Assembly (NCBI GenBank): GCA_046757165.1
Contig: JBHHXT010000030.1
Location: 1-35,861 of the forward strand
Length of the DNA stretch: 35,861 bases
Direction of reading: 5' to 3'
DNA from: a bacterium
Lineage (GTDB): Bacteria > Zhuqueibacterota > Zhuqueibacteria > Oceanimicrobiales > Oceanimicrobiaceae
The notes beneath the pieces were generated by a model, which ran no database searches, was not told where the DNA came from, and was given only the letters and a program-made list of their open reading frames with translations. Position numbers and translations under genes: made by a program. Positions 29,173 through 35,861 of this stretch are shown here, in pieces (the first letter of the stretch is position 1; each line of letters starts with the position of its first letter).

Positions 29173-31833
29173 TCAAAATCTCTTTTCGTAATACAGCCGC
29201 AGAATCCGGTCGGAAAAAGATGGATTCACCACCTGTAGTCCCGTGGCGGCATCGACCGTGAACCCATTATCATTGAAGCGAATCAAACTGCCATCGAGCA
29301 GCACAAACTGTCCTGGCGAAATCTGAAACCTGGCGCCGGCGTTGATGGCGATCCGATTGTAGTCGGTCACGGAGCTGACCGTCGATGAATCCGACGATGA
29401 AACGCCTGAAGCCGATGTCAGGTTGGTTGCGAAATAGGTGTTCAAACGGTTGTTGAGCCAGCGATATTCCGCCTTTGCGCCGAACATCTTGAAATTGAAT
29501 GTGTTGAGACCCGCCGCAAACTCGTTGTCGTTGCGGACGAAGTTGATCGTCGTGACCAGTGGGAACGGGTAGACCGAACGCACAGAGATGACCTGAACGT
29601 TGGAGGAATTCTCTGTCAGAGGAACAAACTGATCATCGCGGTTACTGTTGATATAGCTCAAAGAAATCGAGTGGCTCAGATTCAGGAAACGCGTATCATA
29701 GTTGAGCTGTACGCTCAGGTCGCGCGTATTGTTGTTTTCGCGGTTGTCCACCGTGTCCAGGACAGTCGGCACCCCCGTCACCTCATCCACAACCAGCGTA
29801 TCGACCCTCTGTGTACTGATGCCATTGTCCCGGGCATGGCTTCGTAAATTAAAAGAGAGGTTGGGCAGACCAGGCCCAGGGAAAATGGAAAATCCGGTGG
29901 TCACCGTCTGCAGGTCGGTTGCCGGATCCTGCTCGTCCCCGTTGAAGTTGTCATCATAGTTCTCGAAACCCAGATTCAGGTAAAGTTTGTTTTGATAAAC
30001 CCGCAGCCGGTCCTGGATGAAAAATCCGCGCAGATTGTTGCGCAGAAAGGAATTGCCCAGCGAGTTGTACTCGCTGCCGAGCGATTTGTACCCGACTTGC
30101 ACATTGTTGTTCAAAAGGTTCACGCGCAAAGACAGGTTGTAGGCCAGCGAGGTCAGGTCGCGCGGATCGATGGGCGTTGTACTCGAGTTGAAGATCAAGA
30201 ACTGGTCAATTTTGGCAGGATCGAGAAAATCGGGCAATTCGACTTCAAATTGGTCCTCGATTTGGCTGCGGCTTAGGGGACCGCCAGTGATATCGGTGGT
30301 CAACCAGCTCAAGGCCGCCGCGGCCCGGAATTCCACGCGGTGGTTGGCGAAGGCAAACATCAGATCGGAGCCGACCACCAGGTTGTCCTGGGGGGTTGTG
30401 CTGCCGTCGCCCAGGGCGAGCGAGGTGGAATCGTCGCGTACCTTGAGCAAATTGAGACCCCATTGAAACCGCCGGCCGCCGCCGAAGCTTGCCCGCAGGC
30501 CGAGCAAATCCTGCCCGTAGGTGCCAAAGGTAATATCCGTAGAATCCTGGCCGGCGGTGTTCAGAACGGCCTGCCCGAGCGAATCCAGAACAACTGTTTT
30601 GATGGCGCCGACGTTGCGCACCGTCTCTCCGGTGACCAAATCGACGTTAAAAAAGCCGAGGTGGACCCGTCCGTGCAATCCGCGCACGCGTTTGCCCCAG
30701 AGCATCAAATCGTTAAACCGCGGATAGATGTCTCCGAAGGTGAGCCCCACAACGGGCAGCTCCAGGTTGAAGGTAAACCGATTTCTCGGCTGGAATTGCT
30801 TGTCCTCGCGGGTAGTGAGGTAAATTCTGGCGTCGTAGCTGGCGATGCCATAATTGCCGGAAAGATGCCCGCCCAGGTTGTTGTCGTTAAAGCCCGTGTC
30901 GCTGATGTTTTCGTGCCGACTCTCTGCAAAAACGCGGGCTTGAAAAGCAGGACTCACGCCCTGACGTTGGCGCTTCTCCTTGACTTTGAAGAACCAGACA
31001 AGGGTCGGCAGCTCAGCGCCAGATTGATAGAACCCCTGCACCTGGACCTGGTGTGTGCCCGGGTCAGGGTGACTCTCGGTGTAGGTCAGCAGGTTTTCGG
31101 TGACTTCCGCCTCCAGGGTCGTATTGACGCCGTCCACGAAGACAGTGACGCTGCTGACATCAACCGGGTCGCTGTCAGCCGCCACAAAGGATACCGCCAC
31201 CAGAACTTCCTCGCCGGCGCCAAATTCCTCGCCATTTTCAGGACTCAAAACGAGCATGGGCGAATCGTCATCCAGGTCAAGTTCAGACAGGGGGGTGATA
31301 TCATCATCTTCAACAAATTGCTCTGCCGGCACCGCTTCCGTAGGTGGCGGGGATGGCGTGACCCGGGGCCTGGGCGGCGAGCCGGGACGACCAGCGGCGA
31401 GGGTCACCTCCACCGGGTTGCCGTATGGATTCAACGCCGGATAGGTCACGACTTCCTGACTCCCGACCAGCGCCAAAATGAAATACTGCAAAACACCGGT
31501 CGAGATCTGCGACCGAGAGAGCTCAACAAGAAAGCCGGCGCCGGCCGGAGACATCTCGACGTAGCGAAAGGAGTCCTCGTATTGCGACTTGTAGTAAACG
31601 CGCATATAAATGACGCGCGTTGCGACACCATCCATACGTGCCTCGAGCACAAGGTTACCGTTTTCACGCAGCGAGGTGACGGGCGTGTGAATGATCCTGC
31701 CCTGCTGTGGCTCTGTCCCGGAGGTGAGCGCGGCAGTGGCAAAGGCTGGAGCGAGCATCAAGAACATCAAGATGCTTGCCGGTAGATTTCGGCTCCCCCG
31801 GAATCTTTGCATTAGGCTCATAGTCGTCTTCAT
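29173..31833 (-). CDS. Large putative outer-membrane beta-barrel protein with N-terminal periplasmic domains
   Basis: Signal peptide (..PAFATA), Pro-rich and acidic linker, alternating amphipathic strands, C-terminal LYYEKRF. Confidence 0.75.
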   Translation of the reverse strand: MKTTMSLMQRFRGSRNLPASILMFLMLAPAFATAALTSGTEPQQGRIIHTPVTSLRENGNLVLEARMDGVATRVIYMRVYYKSQYEDSFRYVEMSPAGAGFLVELSRSQISTGVLQYFILALVGSQEVVTYPALNPYGNPVEVTLAAGRPGSPPRPRVTPSPPPTEAVPAEQFVEDDDITPLSELDLDDDSPMLVLSPENGEEFGAGEEVLVAVSFVAADSDPVDVSSVTVFVDGVNTTLEAEVTENLLTYTESHPDPGTHQVQVQGFYQSGAELPTLVWFFKVKEKRQRQGVSPAFQARVFAESRHENISDTGFNDNNLGGHLSGNYGIASYDARIYLTTREDKQFQPRNRFTFNLELPVVGLTFGDIYPRFNDLMLWGKRVRGLHGRVHLGFFNVDLVTGETVRNVGAIKTVVLDSLGQAVLNTAGQDSTDITFGTYGQDLLGLRASFGGGRRFQWGLNLLKVRDDSTSLALGDGSTTPQDNLVVGSDLMFAFANHRVEFRAAAALSWLTTDITGGPLSRSQIEDQFEVELPDFLDPAKIDQFLIFNSSTTPIDPRDLTSLAYNLSLRVNLLNNNVQVGYKSLGSEYNSLGNSFLRNNLRGFFIQDRLRVYQNKLYLNLGFENYDDNFNGDEQDPATDLQTVTTGFSIFPGPGLPNLSFNLRSHARDNGISTQRVDTLVVDEVTGVPTVLDTVDNRENNNTRDLSVQLNYDTRFLNLSHSISLSYINSNRDDQFVPLTENSSNVQVISVRSVYPFPLVTTINFVRNDNEFAAGLNTFNFKMFGAKAEYRWLNNRLNTYFATNLTSASGVSSSDSSTVSSVTDYNRIAINAGARFQISPGQFVLLDGSLIRFNDNGFTVDAATGLQVVNPSFSDRILRLYYEKRF

Positions 31834-31845
31834 TTTCTGTTCAGG

Positions 31846-32589
31846 CTACTCAAATTCAAGAATCAGCTTCTTCTTGTTGCCATCTTCGTCCTCATATTCA
31901 ATCTCGAGCGTCCTGCCTTCATCATCGCCACTCAGCTCAAAAATATCATCCGGATTGCCATCCATTCGTTGTGGCGGCGCCCCCTGGGTCAGCCGAGCCA
32001 TCTCGTTGGCCCCTATCATCATGGAGCCAAACTGATTCACCAGCTCAACCAGTCCTTCTCGACAGAAGACGAAAAAATTATCATCTGCCACCAGACAATT
32101 GAACTCTGTTCCCTTCACCGTCGCGACCCCAGAGGGGGCCTCCACGCGCAGGCTCGACTTCTGTTTGGTCACCTTTGCCCAGATCTCACCAAACGCGAGC
32201 TTGATGCGCTTGACGATGGTGTTATTCTGGCGCTCGCCCTGGATGGTGACGTCGGAATTCGACCGTATCTTCAGCAGCGATCTATCATCTGTAAAAACCA
32301 GTGCGGCCAGCGAGTTGTCGCCAGTGCGCACAACCTCTCCTGAATTGAGCCGGTGGCCTCTTCTGGCCGCGAACGATGTGCTGCGGCCTTTCTTGGTCAA
32401 CTGCACCTTGCCGGCAGTTTTTAGTACCAGGGCGACATCTTTGCCCTCCGCGCTCCACAAAGATGAAACGGCGACAAGCATGGCGATGCAGAGTGCAAGA
32501 ATGGCTTTGATCAGTGGTTTCCCGGCGCGACAAAGTCGCTCAGGGAATTGTTTTTGCTGTTTATTACAAAATATCAAAAGCAATGACAT
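31846..32589 (-). CDS. FecR-domain periplasmic protein
   Basis: Hydrophobic N-terminal segment, L.SGEVVRTGDNSLAALVFTD.S.LKI.SNS, GEIWAKV, APSGVATVKGTEF, EGLVEL; SD GAGGA. Confidence 0.88.
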   Translation of the reverse strand: MSLLLIFCNKQQKQFPERLCRAGKPLIKAILALCIAMLVAVSSLWSAEGKDVALVLKTAGKVQLTKKGRSTSFAARRGHRLNSGEVVRTGDNSLAALVFTDDRSLLKIRSNSDVTIQGERQNNTIVKRIKLAFGEIWAKVTKQKSSLRVEAPSGVATVKGTEFNCLVADDNFFVFCREGLVELVNQFGSMMIGANEMARLTQGAPPQRMDGNPDDIFELSGDDEGRTLEIEYEDEDGNKKKLILEFE

Positions 32590-32615
32590 AGCATCTTCCT
32601 CGGTTAAGCACGCCT

Positions 32616-33812
32616 TTAGTTTTCAATGCGATAGCCGGAGTACCGGTTGTTCAATTTCTGCAGTCGCACAAAGATTTCCGGCAGTGTGACCTCTTTGCCG
32701 TTGAACGTAATTCGCCTGGGCTCATAACCTTCGAGCTCGCCGCCCTCACCGAAGATCTTGTCGTAATCCGGCCCGAGCAAGTTTTTCAAAAGCCCGCCAA
32801 GCTGCTGCATGGGCGACCCGAGCCGGTCCAACCGAGGCACCCCGAAACAAAAGATTTCGCTCTGCAAGGGAATGAGGCCACTGGAGGATTGAACAAACCC
32901 GGTCACACGCCACAGATAGGCTTTGCCCGGTCGCAGGGCCAGAACTTCGCCCGAGGCCGGGTATTGAAACGTCGGCGCCGGCAGAATTTCGATCCGCCCG
33001 CGCAATTCCGCAAAATTGAGATCGGGAATGCGACGCCGCAAGTTCTTCTGAATGAAATAATTGCGCACGAAACGCGGCTCCTGATTGAGAATGCTCTCAG
33101 GGTCTTCGCCGGGCCGCACCTCGGCGACGACAACGCGAAACAACCGCATGTCGGACTCCCACCGAAACTGTGGCAGGTTGGTGAAAATCCGCTGACAATC
33201 CCCCCGGCGACCCGTGGCTGGCGCACCCGGGAATATCAAATCCAGTCTTCTCGGGTTCGTGACCCGGATCTCGAAGGTGTCATCGGTGGTTGCGCCGCTA
33301 AAGGGAATGATTTGCCCCTCCTCAGTTCTCTGAGCCAGCTCGACTTTGAATTTGTAGACATCCGAGGGCAGCTTGCCGGTTGTGAGGATATCATCCAAAA
33401 GGTCCGCGAGCAAATCACTCGCAATCCGGAACTCATCAAACCGATACGGACCGCTATTCGTGAACAAGTCGTTGTTGCTGAGTCTGATGTTTTCATTAGG
33501 CATGAGCGTAAACGGTACCGTCGTACCACTCGACAGCTCAACATCATGGCGCTGACTCTTGATGGAGAGTCTGAGAACAACGCGCGGTTTTCCTTCGGCA
33601 CTCCCATCGCGCAATCGAGTATCGTTTTGAATAAGAACAAAAAAAACCGGCGGCCCGTTGCCAGGACGGTTGATATCAAAATCCTTGAGAAAAAAAACAT
33701 CCAGCCCGGTCTGATTGACAAATCCGTGGCTCACCGTTGGTTGAGCTGTCCCTGAGCGGACAGAGAGGTGAAGGCACAGACAGATGAAAACGCTGGCAAG
33801 AAGTGGTCGCAT
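32616..33812 (-). CDS. Secreted hypothetical protein, beta-rich
   Basis: GGAGGAG SD before the ATG at 33812, signal peptide (..SGTA/Q), P.F.W and Y.WRV motifs typical of Ig/Fn3-like domains. Confidence 0.75.
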   Translation of the reverse strand: MRPLLASVFICLCLHLSVRSGTAQPTVSHGFVNQTGLDVFFLKDFDINRPGNGPPVFFVLIQNDTRLRDGSAEGKPRVVLRLSIKSQRHDVELSSGTTVPFTLMPNENIRLSNNDLFTNSGPYRFDEFRIASDLLADLLDDILTTGKLPSDVYKFKVELAQRTEEGQIIPFSGATTDDTFEIRVTNPRRLDLIFPGAPATGRRGDCQRIFTNLPQFRWESDMRLFRVVVAEVRPGEDPESILNQEPRFVRNYFIQKNLRRRIPDLNFAELRGRIEILPAPTFQYPASGEVLALRPGKAYLWRVTGFVQSSSGLIPLQSEIFCFGVPRLDRLGSPMQQLGGLLKNLLGPDYDKIFGEGGELEGYEPRRITFNGKEVTLPEIFVRLQKLNNRYSGYRIEN

Positions 33813-33872
33813 AACTCCTCCTTCAAGACAAAGCACACCGGAAAATGACGCACTGTCTCATATTAAAACATT

Positions 33873-33881
33873 ATTATAACA
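33873..33881 (-). promoter_or_regulatory. Extended -10 promoter for the secreted protein/FecR/OMP operon
   Basis: Minus strand TGTTATAAT about 60 nt upstream of the ATG. Confidence 0.5.
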
Positions 33882-33941
33882 TACCAAAAAACAAGCGAAA
33901 TGAAGAAATGCCTGGTGGAATTGAGTACGATCGGGCTGAAA

Positions 33942-34658
33942 TCAAAGATAATGAAGCAGCACAAACGCCACCACAAAGATCTTCCAAAAAACCATACCGA
34001 ACAGACGCCATGCAATAACTATGCCCAGGAGAGAGTACATTGGCTGGCTGATAAACTGTGTAAAACGGTAGGCCATTTGTTCGGACATGAAGAGCGTCAC
34101 AATCCCACTGCCGTCCAGAGGCGGGAAGGGAAACAAATTAAATATGAACAAGATAAGGTTGAGGGCAAACAGCACGCTCAGGAGCTTGGCCACGCCCACC
34201 GAGACGCCACCCGTGGCGAGCACGATGTTGGTCAACTGAAAGCGGCCCTGATCATCAGAAAGCTGCTGCCATTCCGGGGTTTGAAACAGGCCGGTACTCA
34301 AGCCGAACTTGAGCACGACAAAGGCCAGCACGAAAAGGAGGAGATTCGCCGCCGGCCCGGCCGCCGCCATCCAGGCGGCACGGCGAGGATAGGCCCGCGC
34401 CCAGGAGGGATCGTACGGCGCGCTCGCCCAGCCCACCATCCATCCCAACCAGACGTAAGAAATCAGCGGCACCACCACCGTCCCAATGGGAGAGCGCTCG
34501 ATGTGCGGTATCGGATTCAAGCTGACCTGGCCACCCAGATAGGCCGTCAGGTCGCCCCCTTTCATGGCAGCATAAGCGTGAGCGGCTTCATGCGCCGTAA
34601 AGGACAACAAAAACGCCACATACCAGATCACCATGTCTGCGAAATTGAACGCCAGCAT
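33942..34658 (-). CDS. Site-2 protease (M50 family)
   Basis: HEAAH, GDLT, SLNPIPH, AAAGPAAN, FNLFPFPPLDG. Confidence 0.92.
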   Translation of the reverse strand: MLAFNFADMVIWYVAFLLSFTAHEAAHAYAAMKGGDLTAYLGGQVSLNPIPHIERSPIGTVVVPLISYVWLGWMVGWASAPYDPSWARAYPRRAAWMAAAGPAANLLLFVLAFVVLKFGLSTGLFQTPEWQQLSDDQGRFQLTNIVLATGGVSVGVAKLLSVLFALNLILFIFNLFPFPPLDGSGIVTLFMSEQMAYRFTQFISQPMYSLLGIVIAWRLFGMVFWKIFVVAFVLLHYL

Positions 34659-34663
34659 GAATC

Positions 34664-34692
34664 AAAGTACAGAACCAGAAGGAGAAAGTCAA
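34664..34692 (-). promoter_or_regulatory. Sigma70-type promoter, possibly producing a leaderless M50 mRNA
   Basis: Minus strand TTGACT-N17-TACTTT-GATTC-ATG. Confidence 0.5.
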
Positions 34693-34760
34693 CATGGAAA
34701 GGGAATCGACCGGGACCGTCTCCGACACATGGATGGTCGCTTGAACGTGTTCAGCAATAG

Positions 34761-34889
34761 GGTGTTCACGCTTTAGCGATGTCCACGCAGGGCGTGGTTT
34801 TGCATGAAAGTAAACCGGCGTGTCCCACCGCCCCGCAAGCTGAAGCTTGAACACCGGTCCGCCCCGATTCGAGAGTTCACTTTAGCGTG
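34761..34889. repeat. Degenerate REP-like palindromes (GTTCACGCTTTAGCGTG type)
   Basis: GGTGTTCACGCTTTAGCGATG (34761-34781), inverted CAAGCTGAAGCTTGAACACC (34836-34855), GAGTTCACTTTAGCGTG (34873-34889). Confidence 0.55.
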
Positions 34890-35077
34890 TTTACTTGGAA
34901 GCGTGTTCCCCTCAATTCAGGAAAAAATATTCTGGCTTCCTCCTCAGCTGGCTTACGTAAGTGTGAACTAAGTTCACGAGAACCCGCTGCGGCCAAACTC
35001 AGCACCCTGACTCGAAGCGTCTCTAATTCATTTAACTTCAAATATTTAGAACCCATCTCACCTTGCAGACACACATC

Positions 35078-35092
35078 TGGCACATCGATTGC
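35078..35092 (+). promoter_or_regulatory. Sigma54 (-24/-12) promoter
   Basis: Exact TGGCAC-ATCGA-TTGC, intergenic and oriented toward the gene at 35320. Confidence 0.65.
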
Positions 35093-35147
35093 GAGGTGCG
35101 AGGGTGAATACTGAGTACTGGTTTTCATAAATTCGATGACATACCGC

Positions 35148-35223
35148 CTCACGCAAAGCCGCAAAGTCCGCAGAGAAATGAAGGTCAAAAACAAACTCTG
35201 CGCGCTCGGCGTCTTTGCGTGAG
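35148..35223. repeat. REP-like inverted repeat (CTCACGCAAAG...CTTTGCGTGAG)
   Basis: CTCACGCAAAGCCGCAAAGTCCGCAGAG...CTCTGCGCGCTCGGCGTCTTTGCGTGAG. Confidence 0.7.
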
Positions 35224-35319
35224 ATTAAATACGTCATCGTATTTACAAATTCCTGTACTAAGTTGTCCATTTTCTTTTTGATTTTTGCATTCTGCGGTTA
35301 ATGAGCTGGAGGAAAGTCA

Positions 35320-35826
35320 TTGCTATTACATTTTGGTAGATTCAGTCTGTTGATGATCGCCACCCTGTCATGCCTGACCGCATGTGTCCAGAGATCTCGA
35401 AAAGGAGCAAACCATCAGACGATTGCACAGGCCGTTGGGTCACTGAAATCCGGAGACAAAGTCCAGATCGCGTCATCTCGCACGGGCCGCATCGAAGGCA
35501 GATTCGTACGTCGGTCCGGCGAGGTCATCCAATTGGAGTATGCTCAGGACGAAATCGAGGTTCCTCTATCCGAAATCGAGTCATTAAAAGTCCGGCGGGG
35601 AACGGCTGGTCAGGGAGCGCGAGGCGTCGCTATTGTCGTTGGTGTTCTCGGAACTCTTGCTGGAACGATGCTGCACGGCCTGTGCAAATCTCTTGATGAG
35701 TCAGAGGACCCGGAGGGGTGTCCTCGATTTATTTTCCTCGGCGCAGCCGCGGGTGCTGCCGCGGGCGCAATACTGGGTGCGGGGCTTGGCGCTTTGAACA
35801 GAAAATGGCGTCCGCTTTATCCGTGA
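35320..35826 (+). CDS. Hypothetical lipoprotein with C-terminal glycine-zipper helices
   Basis: GGAGG SD before the TTG start, lipobox LTAC, LKSGDKVQI...IEGRF small beta domain, GAAAGAAAGAILGAGLG. Confidence 0.7.
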   Translation: MLLHFGRFSLLMIATLSCLTACVQRSRKGANHQTIAQAVGSLKSGDKVQIASSRTGRIEGRFVRRSGEVIQLEYAQDEIEVPLSEIESLKVRRGTAGQGARGVAIVVGVLGTLAGTMLHGLCKSLDESEDPEGCPRFIFLGAAAGAAAGAILGAGLGALNRKWRPLYP

Positions 35827-35861
35827 GAAAAAAACCCTGGGCTGCATTCTCAGCTTTTCAG

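Noticed and set aside
26846..33755. Long + strand ORFs (515, 481 and 288 aa) and similar ones opposite smc and clpC
   Set aside because: Antisense shadows of well-supported GC-rich genes, with no protein motifs.
34588..35270. Short ORFs in the spacer (88, 105, 75 and 70 aa)
   Set aside because: They run through REP-like palindromes and promoter elements and show no motifs.

Overview
A 35.9-kb chromosomal window, mostly on the minus strand, from a diderm bacterium. The lysS insertion and gene content suggest an FCB-related lineage such as KSB1 or Calditrichota (inference only). From the left it contains: (1) a regulatory cluster (short MerR-like HTH, pilD, single-domain receiver, small ORF, NtrC-type sigma54 activator) with two near-identical sigma28-like promoters; (2) smc; (3) an AEC transporter, a membrane-anchored GH2-like protein that appears to lack its catalytic residues, and an NhaC-family antiporter; (4) an OLD-like ABC ATPase without its TOPRIM domain, a P1/DmpA peptidase and a gamma-carbonic anhydrase; (5) a long housekeeping run, prfB (+1 frameshift)-alr-lysS-lolC/E-lolD-mcsA-mcsB-clpC, with no ctsR; (6) a putative cell-surface signalling module: secreted protein, FecR-domain protein, large beta-barrel outer-membrane protein, then a structured ~180-nt leader whose terminator ends just before a CHASE2 adenylate cyclase; (7) an M50 protease, then a REP-rich spacer holding a perfect sigma54 promoter upstream of a glycine-zipper lipoprotein. 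I found no rRNA, tRNA, CRISPR array or transposase. All calls come from reading motifs by eye; no database searches were run.
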